Positions 13,048 to 27,451 are shown, numbered from the stretch's first letter. The stretch is 64,000 nt of DNA from Eledone cirrhosa (GCA_964016885.1 OZ024753.1:11098001-11162000); one strand, 5' to 3'. A program made the numbers and translations. Notes: generated from the letters alone by a model not told the origin.

Positions 13048-13665
13048 TATATATATTATATATATATATATATCAAAAGTTTGTATTGAGTTAGAAACTC
13101 AAAATAGTCTCATTACAGTAAATTAGCTCTAGGAAAAAGGCTTTTCCGAGGCTACCCAATACTGGTTTGTATTTATTTTTCTTAATTTGTTCTTAAATTG
13201 AGTCCAGCAAACTCTATTGTCTGTAGTTAGTATTTTTTTCACCTTAGCGATTTTGGTCCATTACTATTTGAACACACATATATATATGTGTCTGTGTTCG
13301 TTTTTTTCCTTTTTGTTCAGTTAGATATATATATATATACATGTATGTGTATGTGTGTGTGTGTGTGTGTATGTACACACATATTGATCACTCATATATA
13401 TGTATACGTCTAGACATATCTTATCTCTGATCAAGGTGTAAACATTGTTTAAGTGTACACTAAAAAAACAAAGTCAAAATGTAAAATACGTTCTTCTCCA
13501 CGCCAGACTTTATAAAATATCGTAGAAATCTAATTTAAATTACTGTAGCTCCCGATGGATGAAACAGAGGAACAATTGGTCACCTCTAAAGATGTGAACA
13601 GATTGATAAGATGTAAAACAATGCTTAAAATATAAATAACTTTACTATACAGAAGCAAAATAAAT

Positions 13666-13854
13666 AATTGTTTCTACTTTTGGCACAAGGCCAGCAATTA
13701 TCCAGTACATTACTGGTACTTTATTTTATCGACCCTGTAAGAATGAAAGGCAAAGTTAACCCCAGCGGGATTTGAACTCAGAATAGCAAGGGCCGTAACT
13801 CTATGCGTCAAAGCATGGCGTCCGACTCTCTACCAATACTGCTAATCCACTGCC
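13666..13854 (-). mobile_element. tRNA-derived SINE, family 1
   Basis: Full-length match to 10339-10555. Confidence 0.85.
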
Positions 13855-13964
13855 TTAGTAAAATATATAATACGAGGAAAACATAAGGAGATATTGTAGT
13901 ATATCGTACTCTACATCTTAAACCAAGCCATCGAGTTCATTGTGGTGTCAGACAGTTACTAGGT

Positions 13965-14180
13965 GAGGCATGTCAAACTGAGGGTCCCTCGAGGGCCACA
14001 TGGGTCATACATGTGTTTTCTGAGGGCCACACATGACAACTAATTGCGCAAATTACAACTAATCTTACGAAGATAAAACATATTCGCGCTGTAAAAACCT
14101 TTGTACGGGCCGCAGGTGTGCTTGTAAAAGGCTACATGCGGCCCGCGAGCCTGCACTAAGACATTTCAATGACATGCCTG
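13965..14180 (+). mobile_element. hAT/Charlie-like MITE
   Basis: Ends (g)aggcatgtcaaac and gacatgcctg. Homologous to 55569-55847. Confidence 0.6.
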
Positions 14181-14269
14181 CACTAAGACATTTCAATAAA
14201 TGTTTGAAGTCCAGCTGGTAACATCTAGCCTCCTACACTAGTTCCTGCTCATGGACCTAGTGGAGCATA

Positions 14270-14600
14270 CTATGGGACATATTATGGAACATGTGGTTAG
14301 AATGGCTCAGGAAAAAGTCACTGGACAGAGTGTAGCTCAGAGAATCGCTACTTCCCCGAATTGAGAGATCATAGCTCCGATACTAAAGATATGTGGTTAG
14401 AATATCCCAGGAAAGAATTGTTGGACAGATTTTACGGGCTAAACCAACCGGCGAGAGACCCAGGGGTAGACCCTAAACAAGAGAGTTGGATAACATCCAC
14501 GAGCTTGGCTGCTCTCGCTTGGGGATCCAGTCAGATCAATTGAAGACTATTGCTTCTGACAGGACTGGATGGAAGGCATGAGTAAGAAGGCGAAGAAGTC
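14270..14600 (+). mobile_element. Degenerate RTE-like LINE 3' fragment
   Basis: Homologous to 26390-26700 and 55960-56230. Shows the G-R-R-x-R-G-R-P-like ORF2 C-terminal signature with frameshifts. Confidence 0.55.
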
Positions 14601-15170
14601 TTTCAGATACAAGCATATATGAGACAGCATCATGAACAGGGAACTATAACCAATCGTGAAGTAGTAAAATTGGCCCTAAAATTAGGATATTTTAACAGAA
14701 ACAACCAAAAAGCTAAAATATAGAATATTTGAGTCATTCAGAAATTGAGGATAAAATGGATTCTAGTTGCTGTGAATAGAAGCCAAAGGATTCGGGGAAA
14801 ATAGAAAATAAACATCAGAATCTATGTGGATGGTATCAAATATTGGACTGAAATAACAGTGAATGTATGAGAGATTATACAAGAAAGTTCGAGATGGTGA
14901 TCCTGCTGGGAGTATTTGAAACCTTCCATTTCTTCGCCCACTTATTCCCGACAGGGTCGTGGAGGCAGTGTCCTCATACACTCCTTCCAGAGTTTGAAAC
15001 CTGTTGATAATTTCGCCTTTTACGTAAATTATGCAAACACTTGTTATTAAAAACTAACGCCATCGTGTTTAGAATTTCTTTGTTCTCTCCTCTAAATTTG
15101 TATGGTGTTAAGTGAGAGGTTACGTCTAACGCCTGGGGATATTTGCTATAAATATTTGATTTAATGTCTA

Positions 15171-15210
<40 letters not shown>

Positions 15211-15524
15211 TATTAATGTTTACTTATATATGACATAGTTCCCGAACTGTATTTAATTAACAAATAAAATTGGAAATTATATTAGATTACCAGCTTCTGG
15301 GTCTTGAATTCAAATTCATTGCAGATTCATAACACTTGATGCTGCATATCACAAGGATGTCGAAAATAATAATATAACATCTGGTAATGTAAATTATATT
15401 AAACTGGTTTGGCATCAATCACACATACCATGCAACTTCACACGATAAAAGAATAAAGATCCCATAGCTATTTGTCGAGTTGTAGAGGCACCGTCATACG
15501 GCGTGTCTAGGAAGGGTTATTGTA

Positions 15525-16350
15525 CAGGAATGGTTGCTGTACAAATATCACTTTCTCTTGGTACCAATTCTGCATCCTAGCGCCCACAAAACGTAAGTGT
15601 GATACTTACGAATGGTTTATATACAGATATCATTTACTATTTCTCTTGGTACCAATTCTGCCCTCTAACCCACAAGACATGACTGAGATACACAGATATC
15701 ACTATTTCTCTTGGTACCAATTCTACCCTCTAGCCCACAAGACATGACTGAGATACACAGATATCACTATTTCTCTTGGTACCAATTCTACCCTCTAGCC
15801 CACAAGACATGACTGAGATACACAGATATCACTATTTCTCTTGGTACCAATTCTACCCTCTAGCCCACAAGACATGACTGGGAAACACAGATATCACTAT
15901 TTCTCTTGGTACCAATTCTACCCTCTAGCCCACAAGACATGACTGGGAAACACAGATATCACTATTTCTCTTGGTACCAATTCCACCCTCTAACCCACAA
16001 TTAGAAGCTGAGATACACAGGAATGGTTGCTGTACAATTATCACTATTTCTCTTGGTACCAATTCTGCGTTCTAGCCCACAAGACGTAGGTGTGATACGC
16101 TGGACTGGTTGCTGTACAGATATCACTATTTCTCTTGGGACCAATTCTACCCTCTAGTCTCCAAGACATGGCTGAGATACTTAGGAATGGTTGCTGTACA
16201 GATATCACTTACTATTTCTCTTGGTACCAATTCTACCCTCTAGCCCACAAGACATGGCTGAGATACAGAGGAATGGTTGCTGTATAGATATAACAATTTC
16301 TCTTGGTATCAATTCCCCCCCTCCAGTCCACAAGACGTAGCTGAGATACG
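15525..16350. repeat. 65-bp minisatellite with longer variant units
   Basis: cacagatatcactatttctcttggtaccaattc at 15691, 15756 and 15821 (period 65). Confidence 0.9.
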
Positions 16351-17009
16351 CCGCCTATTTTTTTATTTATTTATCTTGTATTTTTCAACCCATTTTTGTT
16401 GAGTCTACTTCAAAATCATATTAAAGAATACTTTATATTAAAAAAAAATAAAATGAAAAAAAAAAAAAAATTAAGTGTATAACTGTTTACATCAAAATTG
16501 ATGAAATGCTTAACATACTGCAGTAATATTGAACAGTTTTTGATATATTTATAGATCGAACAGATACAACATTGTATATATTATAAACTATAATTAGAAT
16601 ATTTATCGGTCACTTCCCTTAGGAAGTGGTGCAGTTAAACTCAATCTTTAGCAGTTATTTATACGAGACACTTTGAAAGTACAATTTTCGTTTACTTACA
16701 TTTTTGATCAACCGAAATATTCGTCTCTTGAGTTTAGCGAAAACGATAATTCGTTTCGTCTCTTCTCGTGAGGTTTACACCAACCTGTTGTACTGTAGCG
16801 TGCTAACAAATTCTCTCTCTTAACTAAGGAAACATTGGCTAAACAACAGAAACATCACTTAATTCAAAAAGGGAATATTTAGATGGTCATTTGAACTGCT
16901 AGACATAACAGTCAAACTTCTCCAAACCACACACAGCCGTCGTTAAAATAGGACACAATGTTTTAGTTCGGGAGATATTAGATAACTGGTGTTTGTGGGT
17001 CCGCTGGTG

Positions 17010-20000
17010 GAGTTGGTTCTGGTGGTATGAGTAGTGGCGGTGTTGGTTGAGGTACTGGGGGAGTTGGCTGGTGTGTTATGAGTAGTGGCGGTATTGGTTG
17101 AGGTACTGGGGGAGTTGGCTGGGGTGCCTATGAGTAGTGGCGGTATTGATTGAGGTACTGGGGGAGTTGGCTGGGGTGTTATGAGTAGTGGTGGTGTTGG
17201 TTGAGGTACTGGGGGAGTTGGCTGGGGTGTTATGAGTAGTGGTGGTGTTGGTTGAGGTACTGGGGGAGTTGGCTGGGGTGTTATGAGTAGTGGCGGTGTT
17301 GGTTGAGGTACTGGGGGAGTTGGCTGGGGTGTTATGAGTAGTGGCGGTGTTGGTTGAGGTACTGGGGGAGTTGGCTGGGGTTATATGAGTAGTGGTGGTG
17401 TTGGTTGAGGTACTGGGGGAGTTGGCTGGGGTGTTATGAGTAGTGGCGGTGTTGGTTGAGGTACTGGGGGAGTTGGCTGGGGTTCTATGAGTAGTGGTGG
17501 TGTTGGTTGAGGTACTGGGGGAGTTGGTTCTGGTGGTATGAGTAGTGGCGGTGTTGGTTGAGGTACTGGGGGAGTTGGCTGGGGTGTTATGAGTAGTGAC
17601 GGTGTTGGTTGAGGTACTGGGGGAGTTGGCTGGGGTGTTATGAGTAGTGACGGTGTTGGTTGAGGTACTGGGGGAGTTGGCTGGGGTTCTATGAGTAGTG
17701 GTGGTGTTGGTTGAGGTACTGGGGGAGTTGGCTGGGGTGTTATGAGTAGTGGCGGTGTTGGTTGAGGTACTGGGGGAGTTGGCTGGGGTGTTATGAGTAG
17801 TGGCGGTGTTGGTTGAGGTACTGGGGGAGTTGGCTGGGGTTCTATGAGTAGTGGCGGTGTTGGTTGAGGTACTGGGGGAGTTGGCTGGGGTTCTATGAGT
17901 AGTGGCGGTGTTGGTTGAGGTACTGGGGGAGTTGGCTGGGGTTCTATGAGTAGTGGCGGTGTTGGTTGAGGTACTGGGGGAGTTGGCTGGGGTGCTATGA
18001 GTAGTGGTGGTATTGGTTGAGGTACTGGGGGAGTTGGCTGGGGTTCTATGAGTAGTGGCGGTGTTGGTTGAGGTACTGGGGGAGTTGGCTGGGGTTCTAT
18101 GAGTAGTGGCGGTGTTGGTTGAGGTACTGGGGGAGTTGGCTGGGGTGCTATGAGTAGTGGCGGTGTTGGTTGAGGTACTGGGGGAGTTGGCTGGGGTTCT
18201 ATGAGTAGTGGCGGTGTTGGTTGAGGTACTGGGGGAGTTGGCTGGGGTTCTATGAGTAGTGGCGGTGTTGGTTGAGGTACTGGGGGAGTTGGCTGGGGTT
18301 CTATGAGTAGTGGTGGTATTGGTTGAGGTACTGGGGGAGTTGGCTGGGGTTCTATGAGTAGTGGCGGTGTTGGTTGAGGTACTGGGGGAGTTGGTTGGGG
18401 TTCTATGAGTAGTGGTGGTGTTGGTTGAGGTACTGGGGGAGTTGGCTGGGGTTCTATGAGTAGTGGTGGTATTGGATGAGGTACTGGGGGAGTTGGCTGG
18501 GGTTCTATGAGTAGTGGTGGTATTGGATGAGGTACTGGGGGAGTTGGCTGGGGTTCTATGAGTAGTGGCGGTGTTGGTTGAGGTACTGGGGGAGTTGGCT
18601 GGGGTTCTATGAGTAGTGGTGGTATTGGTTGAGGTACTGGGGGAGTTGGCTGGGGTTCTATGAGTAGTGGCGGTGTTGGTTGAGATACTGGGGGAGTTGG
18701 CTGGGGTTCTATGAGTAGTGGCGGTGTTGGTTGAGGTACTGGGGGAGTTGGCTGGGGTTCTATGAGTAGTGGTGGTATTGGTTGAGGTACTGGGGGAGTT
18801 GGCTGGGGTTCTATGAGTAGTGGCGGTGTTGGTTGAGGTACTGGGGGAGTTGGCTGGGGTTCTATGAGTAGTGGTGGTGTTGGCTGAGGTACTGGGGGAG
18901 TTGGCTGGGGTTCTATGAGTAGTGGTGGTGTTGGTTGAGGTACTGGGGGAGTTGGCTGGGGTGGTATGAGTAGTGGTGGTGTTGGTTGAGGTACTGGGGG
19001 AGTTGGCTGGGGTTCTATGAGTAGTGGTGGTGTTGGTTGAGGTACTGGGGGAGTTGGCTGGGGTTCTATGAGTAGTGGTGGTGTTGGTTGAGGTACTGGG
19101 GGAGTTGGCTGGGGTGCCTATGAGTAGTGGTGGTGTTGGTTGAGGTACTGGGGGAGTTGGCTGGGGTGCCTATGAGTAGTGGTGGTGTTGGTTGAGGTAC
19201 TGGGGGAGTTGGCTGGGGTTCTATGAGTAGTGGTGGTGTTGGTTGAGGTACTGGGGGAGTTGGCTGGGGTGGTATGAGTAGTGGTGGTGTTGGTTGAGGT
19301 ACTGGGGGAGTTGGCTGGGGTGGTATGAGTAGTGGTGGTGTTGGTTGAGGTACTGGGGGAGTTGGCTGGGGTTCTATGAGTAGTGGTGGTGTTGGTTGAG
19401 GTACTGGGGGAGTTGGCTGGGGTTCTATGAGTAGTGGTGGTGTTGGTTGAGGTACTGGGGGAGTTGGCTGGGGTGGTATGAGTAGTGGTCGTGTTGGTTG
19501 AGGTACTTGGGGAGTTGGCTGGGGTGCTATGAGTAGTGGTGGTGTTGGTTGAGGTACTGGGGGAGTTGGCTGGGGTTCTATGAGTAGTGGTCGTGTTGGT
19601 TGAGGTACTGGGGGAGTTGGCTGGGGTGGTATGAGTAGTGGCGGTGTTGGTTGAGGTACTGGGGGAGTTGGCTGGGGTGGTATGAGTAGTGGCGGTGTTG
19701 GTTGAGGTACTGGGGGAGTTGGCTGGGGTTCTATGAGTAGTGGTGGTGTTGGTTGAGGTACTGGGGGAATTGGCTGGGGTTCTATGAGTAGTGGCGGTGT
19801 TGGTTGAGGTACTGGGGGAGTTGGCTGGGGTTCTATGAGTAGTGGTGGTGTTGGTTGAGGTACTGGGGGAGTTGGCTGGGGTGCCTATGAGTAGTGGTGG
19901 TGTTGGTTGAGGTACTGGGGGAGTTGGCTGGGGTGCTATGAGTAGTGGTGGTGTTGGTTGAGGTACTGGGGGAGTTGGCTGGGGTGTTATGAGTAGTGGC

Positions 20001-23000
20001 GGTGTTGGTTGAGGTACTGGGGGAGTTGGCTGGGGTGTTATGAGCAGTGGCGGTGTTGGTTGAGGTACTGGGGGAGTTGGCTGGGGTGTTATGAGTAGTG
20101 GTGGTGTTGGTTGAGGTACTGGGGGAGTTGGCTGGGGTGCCTATGAGTAGTGGTGGTGTTGGTTGAGGTACTGGGGGAGTTGGCTGGGGTTCTATGAGTA
20201 GTGGTGGTGTTGGTTGAGGTACTGGGGGAGTTGGCTGGGGGTTCTATGAGTAGTGGTGGTGTTGGTTGAGGTACTGGGGGAGTTGGCTGGGGTTCTATGA
20301 GTAGTGGTGGTGTTGGTTGAGGTACTGGGGGAGTTGGCTGGGGTCCTATGAGTAGTGGCGGTGTTGGTTGAGGTACTGGGGGAGTTGGCTGGGGTGTTAT
20401 GAGTAGTGGTGGTGTTGGTTGAGGTACTGGGGGAATTGGCTGGGGTTCTATGAGTAGTGGCGGTGTTGGTTGAGGTACTGGGGGATTTGGCTGGTGTGTT
20501 ATGAGTAGTGGTGGTGTTGGTTGAGGTACTGGGGGAGTTGGCTGGGGGTTCTATGAGTAGTGGTGGTGTTGGTTGAGGTACTGGGGGAGTTGGCTGGGGT
20601 GGTATGAGTAGTGGTGGTGTTGGTTGAGGTACTGGGGGAGTTGGCTGGGGTGCCTATGAGTAGTGGTGGTGTTGGTTGAGGTACTGGGGGAGTTGGCTGG
20701 GGTGCTATGAGTAGTGGTGGTGTTGGTTGAGGTACTGGGGGAGTTGGCTGGGGTGTTATGAGTAGTGGCGGTGTTGGTTGAGGTACTGGGGGAGTTGGCT
20801 GGGGTGTTATGAGTAGTGGCGGTGTTGGTTGAGGTACTGGGGGAGTTGGCTGGGGTGTTATGAGTAGTGGCGGTGTTGGTTGAGGTACTGGGGGAGTTGG
20901 CTGGGGTTCTATGAGTAGTGGCGGTGTCGGTTGAGGTACTGGGGGAGTTGGCTGGGGTGTTATGAGTAGTGGCGGTGTTGGTTGAGGTACTGGGGGAGTT
21001 GGCTGGGGTTCTATGAGTAGTGGCGGTGTTGGTTGAGGTACTGGGGGAGTTGGCTGGGGTGTTATGAGTAGTGGTGGTGTTGGTTGAGGTACTGGCGGAG
21101 TTGGCTGGGGTGTTATGAGTAGTGGTGGTGTTGGTTGAGGTACTGGGGGAGTTGGCTGGGGTGTTATGAGTAGTGGTGGTGTTGGTTGAGGTACTGGGGG
21201 AGTTGGCTGGGGTGTTATGAGTAGTGGTGGTGTTGGTTGAGGTACTGGGGGAGTTGGCTGGGGTGTTATGAGTAGTGGTGGTGTTGGTTGAGGTACTGGG
21301 GGAGTTGGCTGGGATTCTATGAGTAGTGGTGGTGTTGGTTGAGGTACTGGGGGAGTTGGCTGGGGTGGTATGAGTAGTGGCGGTGTTGGTTGAGGTACTG
21401 GGGGAGTTGGGTGGGGTGTTATGAGTAGTGGCGGTGTTGGTTGAGGTACTGGGGGAGTTGGCTGGGGTGTTATGAGTAGTGGCGGTGTTGGTTGAGGTAC
21501 TGGGGGAGTTGGCTGGGGTTCTATGAGTAGTGGCGGTGTTGGTTGAGGTACTGGGGGAGTTGGCTGGGGTTCTAAGAGTAGTGGCGGTGTTGGTTGAGGT
21601 ACTGGGGGAGTTGGCTGGGGTGTTATGAGTAGTGGCGGTGTTGGTTGAGGTACTGGGGGAGTTGGGTGGGGTGTTATGAGTAGTGGCGGTGTTGGTTGAG
21701 GTACTGGGGGAGTTGGGTGGGGTGTTATGAGTAGTGGCGGTGTTGGTTGAGGTACTGGGGAGTTGGCTGGGGTGCTATGAGTAGTGGCGGTGTTGGTTGA
21801 GGTACTGGGGGAGTTGGCTGGGGTGTTATGAGTAGTGGCGGTGTTGGTTGAGGTACTGGGGGAGTTGGCTGGGGTTCTATGAGTAGTGGTGGTGTTGGTT
21901 GAGGTACTGGGGGAGTTGGCTGGGGTTCTATGAGTAGTGGTGGTGTTGGTTGAGGTACTGGGGGAGTTGGCTGGGGTGTTATGAGTAGTGGCGGTGTTGG
22001 TTGAGGTACTGGGGGAGTTGGCTGGGGTTCTATGAGTAGTGGCGGTGTTGGTTGAGGTACTGGGGGAGTTGGCTGGGGGTTCTATGAGTAGTGGTGGTGT
22101 TGGTTGAGGTACTGGGGGAGTTGGCTGGGGGTTCTATGAGTAGTGGCGGTATTGGTTGAGGTACTGGGGGAGTTGGCTGGGGTGCTATGAGTAGTGGTGG
22201 TGTTGGTTGAGGTACTGGGGGAGTTGGCTGGGGTGTTATGAGTAGTGGCGGTGTTGGTTGAGGTACTGGGGGAGTTGGCTGGGGTTCTATGAGTAGTGGT
22301 GGTGTTGGTTGAGGTACTGGGGGAGTTGGCTGGGGTGCCTATGAGTAGTGGCGGTATTGGTTGAGGTACTGGGGGAGTTGGCTGGGGTGTTATGAGTAGT
22401 GGCGGTGTTGGTTGAGGTACTGGGGGAGTTGGCTGGGGTGTTATGAGTAGTGGCGGTGTTGGTTGAGGTACTGGGGGAGTTGGCTGGGGTGTTATGAGTA
22501 GTGGCGGTGTTGGTTGAGGTACTGGGGGAGTTGGCTGGGGTTCTATGAGTAGTGGTGGTATTGGTTGAGGTACTGGGGGAGTTGGCTGGGGTTCTATGAG
22601 TAGTGGCGGTATTGGTTGAGGTACTGGGGGAGTTGGCTGGGGTGTTATGAGTAGTGGTGGTGTTGGTTGAGGTACTGGGGGAGTTGGCTGGGGTTCTATG
22701 AGTAGTGGCGGTGTTGGTTGAGGTACTGGGGGAGTTGGCTGGGGTTCTATGAGTAGTGGCGGTGTTGGTTGAGGTACTGGGGGAGTTGGCTGGGGGTTCT
22801 ATGAGTAGTGGCGGTGTTGGTGGAGGTACTGGGGGAGTTGGCTGGGGTTCTATGAGTAGTGGCGGTGTTGGTTGAGGTACTGGGCGAGTTGGCTGGGGGT
22901 TCTATGAGTAGTGGCGGTGTTGGTTGAGGTACTGGGGGAGTTGGCTGGGGGTTCTATGAGTAGTGGCGGTGTTGGTTGAGGTACTGGGGGTGTTGGCTGG

Positions 23001-24750
23001 GGTGTTATGAGTAGTGGCGGTGTTGGTTGAGGTACTGGGGGAGTTGGGTGGGGTTCTATGAGTAGTGGCGGTGTTGGTTGAGGTACTGGGGGAGTTGGCT
23101 GGGGTGGTATGAGTAGTGGCGGTGTTGGTTGAGGTACTGGGGGAGTTGGCTGGGGTACATATGAGTAGTGGTGGTGTTGGTTGAGGTACTGGGGGAGTTG
23201 GGTGGGGTGCCTATGAGTAGTGGTGGTGTTGGTTGAGGTACTGGGGGAGTTGGCTGGGGTGGTATGAGTAGTGGCGGTGTTGGTTGAGGTACTGGGGGAG
23301 TTGGCTGGGGTGTTATGAGTAGTGGTGGTGTTGGTTGAGGTACTGGGGGAGTTGGCTGGGGTGTTATGAGTAGTGGTGGTGTTGGTTGAGGTACTGGGGG
23401 AGTTGGCTGGGGTGTTATGAGTAGTGGTGGTGTTGGTTGAGGTACTGGGGGAGTTGGCTGGGGTGTTATGAGTAGTGGTGGTGTTGGTTGAGGTACTGGG
23501 GGAGTTGGCTGGGGTTCTATGAGTAGTGGTGGTGTTGGTTGAGGTACTGGGGGAGTTGGCTGGGGTGTTATGAGTAGTGGCGGTGTTGGTTGAGGTACTG
23601 GGGGAGTTGGGTGGGGTTCTATGAGTAGTGGCGGTGTTGGTTGAGGTACTGGGGGAGTTGGCTGGGGTGGTATGAGTAGTGGCGGTGTTGGTTGAGGTAC
23701 TGGGGGAGTTGGCTGGGGTACATATGAGTAGTGGTGGTGTTGGTTGAGGTACTGGGGGAGTTGGGTGGGGTGTTATGAGTAGTGGTGGTGTTGGTTGAGG
23801 TACTGGGGGAGTTGGCTGGGGTTCTATGAGTAGTGGTGGTGTTGGTTGAGGTACTGGGGGTGTTGGCTGGGGTGTTATGAGTAGTGGCGGTGTTGGTTGA
23901 GGTACTGGGGGAGTTGGGTGGGGTTCTATGAGTAGTGGCGGTGTTGGTTGAGGTACTGGGGGAGTTGGCTGGGGTGGTATGAGTAGTGGCGGTGTTGGTT
24001 GAGGTACTGGGGGAGTTGGCTGGGGTACATATGAGTAGTGGTGGTGTTGGTTGAGGTACTGGGGGAGTTGGGTGGGGTGCCTATGAGTAGTGGTGGTGTT
24101 GGTTGAGGTACTGGGGGAGTTGGCTGGGGTGGTATGAGTAGTGGCGGTGTTGGTTGAGGTACTGGGGGAGTTGGCTGGGGTGTTATGAGTAGTGGTGGTG
24201 TTGGTTGAGGTACTGGGGGAGTTGGCTGGGGTGTTATGAGTAGTGGTGGTGTTGGTTGAGGTACTGGGGGAGTTGGCTGGGGTGTTATGAGTAGTGGTGG
24301 TGTTGGTTGAGGTACTGGGGGAGTTGGCTGGGGTGTTATGAGTAGTGGTGGTGTTGGTTGAGGTACTGGGGGAGTTGGCTGGGGTTCTATGAGTAGTGGT
24401 GGTGTTGGTTGAGGTACTGGGGGAGTTGGCTGGGGTGTTATGAGTAGTGGCGGTGTTGGTTGAGGTACTGGGGGAGTTGGCTGGGGTTCTATGAGTAGTG
24501 GCGGTGTTGGTTGAGGTACTGGGGGAGTTGGGTGGGGTGCCTATGAGTAGTGGTGGTGTTGGTTGAGGTACTGGGGGAGTTGGCTGGGGTGTTATGAGCA
24601 GTGGCGGTGTTGGTTGAGGTACTGGGGGAGTTGGGTGGGGTGCCTACGAGTAGTGGTGGTGTTGGTTGAGGTACTGGGGGAGTTGGCTGGGGTGCTATTA
24701 ATAATGGTGGAGTCGGTTGGGCTGTTATGAGTAGTGGTGGTGCTGGTTGA
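17010..24750. repeat. 51-bp G-rich minisatellite, about 150 copies
   Basis: Unit GAGTAGTGGCGGTGTTGGTTGAGGTACTGGGGGAGTTGGCTGGGGTGTTAT (17285, 17336...), with occasional 50- and 52-bp variants. Confidence 0.97.
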
Positions 24751-24787
24751 GGAATTGGTTGTGGTGGTGGAGTCGGATGTTGTGGTG

Positions 24788-24973
24788 TGGTGGTTTGGCA
24801 GTATCGGTAGAGCGTCAGACACCATGCTTTGCAGCATAGAGTTATGGCCATTTGCGTTCTGAGTTCAAATCTGCCGCGGTTAAATTTGCCTTTCATCCTT
24901 ATGGGTCGATAAAATAAAGTACCAGTAATGCGTTGGGATAAATACTGGCCTTGTGCCAAATGTAGGAACAATT
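24788..24973 (+). mobile_element. tRNA-derived SINE, family 1
   Basis: tggcagtatcgg, gagttcaaatc and gcctttcatccttatgggtcgataaa. Confidence 0.85.
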
Positions 24974-25493
24974 ATTAGTTGGTGGTGTTAGTTGAGGTGG
25001 CTGTGGCGCTTTTAACAGTTTCAAATTTAAATATCGCGGAAGTTTCATTCGCTGTTAACGATCAACCCACCTTACACTGCTGAAAGTAGCCACCAAATGA
25101 TCCTCAAATTACACCCACTCTCTCACAAATTACATAACTTAAAACAACGTTAAGATATACTGGATAACGTAGTTTTTAGAGTACTTGAGGAAATGAAATG
25201 GAACAGTCGAGGTAAGAATGTGTTGATCATAGTTGTGTTCAACATAGGGATAAACACAAAGATGATGATATTATTCCTGGGAGGGTTGTGGTGAGAGTGT
25301 TTTTAAACATGCCTTTCCAGCGGGTTCTGTGAGACGCAACCGTTTCCAACAGATCCAGCCGGCTCCAAAAGTGAGAGAAATTTGTGTGGCAGAAACTGCA
25401 GAGGGCCGTAGTATAGGACTGCTTAAGGACTCTGCCCACACGACCCTCCCAAGAAGATATGGGAGAAGAAGGAAAAGAATGAGGAAAACGTGG

Positions 25494-25526
<33 letters not shown>

Positions 25527-25670
25527 CATGTTTACGCCATGTCACATAGCAATTCGACAAAAAAGGATTGATGGAATAAGTATTCAGGTTCAATCAACTA
25601 ACCCAAGGCGTTGCTCCAGCTAGGTTCAGTCAAATGACTGAAACCAGGTAAAAAATATCAAAATAATAAA

Positions 25671-26005
25671 ATTCCTCCGTCACAGACCCTCTCCCAGTTC
25701 CTCCGTCACAGACCCTCTGCCACAGACCCTCTGCCACAGACCCTCTGCCACAGACCCTCTGCCAGTTCCTCCGTCACAGACCCTCTGCCAATTCCTCCGT
25801 CACAGACCCTCTCCCAGTTCCTCCGTCACAGACCCTCTGCCACAGACCCTCTCCCAGTTCCTCCGTCACAGACCCTCTGCCAATTCATCCGTCATAGACC
25901 CCTGCCAATTCATCTGTCAAAGACGCCTGCCAGTTCCTCCGTCAAAGACGCCTGCCAGTTCCTCCGTCAGAGACCCCTGCCAGTTCCTCCGTCAAAGACC
26001 CCTGC
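25671..26005. repeat. 26-bp minisatellite with a 14-bp subunit
   Basis: Repeats of gttcctccgtcacagaccctctgcca. Confidence 0.85.
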
Positions 26006-26389
26006 AATATTTGCTGCCACCATGATCACAGCTAGGATAGTGGTGGTGAAGAGAAGAATACTTCCATAAATCCAAACTGTAAACAAGTTACTGCAATATT
26101 TCATATAATTTGAATAAGGCTGGAAAACCAATTAGAAGTATTTTTGCTTTTTTCTTTCTTTTCTTAAAATTCGTCCACATTCTCAGGGAGAAATCAGGGA
26201 AAAATTGATTAAATGTAGTTTTGTTTCTTCAGTTTGCACAGCCAAAAACCTGTCTATCTACTGACAGGCTAGTTGAGATAACGAACGAACTGGAGTCTAC
26301 GCAACATACTAACATACAAGTAAATCTATTCCACATGGCACCATGTTGTCCCTCAACCTACTGGGGAAAAACAATCAGCCAAATACTTC

Positions 26390-26700
26390 TTTGCTCACTT
26401 ATTCTTGAGAGGGTCGTGGGGGCAGAGTCCTCAAACACTCTTTCCAGCGGGTCCTGTCAGAAGTAAATCTCTCCAACTTATCCGACTGGATTCCTAAGTA
26501 AAACCAGCCAAACTCATGGATACTATCCGAGGATCTTGCTCGGCATCTACTCTGAGTCTCCTGCCGGTTGGTATTGCCCATAAAATCTGTCCAGCGATTC
26601 TTTCCTGAGACAATCTAGCCACACGCCCATAACATTGGAGCTGTGACGGATCTACCTGGAGCGACTCTCTGATCTCCGAGCTACGCACTCTATTAACCGC
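26390..26700 (-). mobile_element. RTE-like LINE 3' fragment
   Basis: Minus-strand translation QLQCYGRVARLSQERIAGQILWAIPTGRRLR resembles the non-LTR ORF2 C-terminus. Confidence 0.65.
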
Positions 26701-27028
26701 TGTCTTAAACAAAAGAGAAAGGGATAGTTTATAATATAGTATTAGATGGCTTACACCTGACTATAACGCTTTTTAAAAAAGCTCTGAACAATCAGTGCTG
26801 ACCAGAGACTAGCAATAACCTTATTAATAACCGTTATTAAGGAAGAAATTTAATTCTCCACAAAAAACAACGCAAAACAAGTAACATAACTAGGGTTAAT
26901 ATTCTAAGAGTTATCCCCCTTGCAAAAACCTCGCGGATTGATGGATGAATATATTTAAAGGAATTTTGATAAGGTTGTCAGTCATACTTTTATACTTGCT
27001 ATTGCTATTTAATCTGTTACGTGTGTAC

Positions 27029-27110
<82 letters not shown>

Positions 27111-27395
27111 GAGCGAGAGAGATAGAGAGAGAGAGAAAGAGTGAGAGTGAGGCCGTGTTTTGTGCGTGTGTGCAAGAAACCTAGTGTATAGATGAGAATA
27201 AAACAAGCATATATATACAGTATGTGTCTGTGTGTGTGTACATATATAAATATATATATACAAATAACATATAGAGTTCTTAAGTCATATAGGTACCCGG
27301 CAATTAAAACAAGCTCAAAGTATAAATACTGAGCATTATATAGTAATATATATGTATAAATAAACAGTAAATTTCGTACCACTAATGTTTAAAAA

Positions 27396-27450
<55 letters not shown>

Positions 27451-27451
<1 letters not shown>

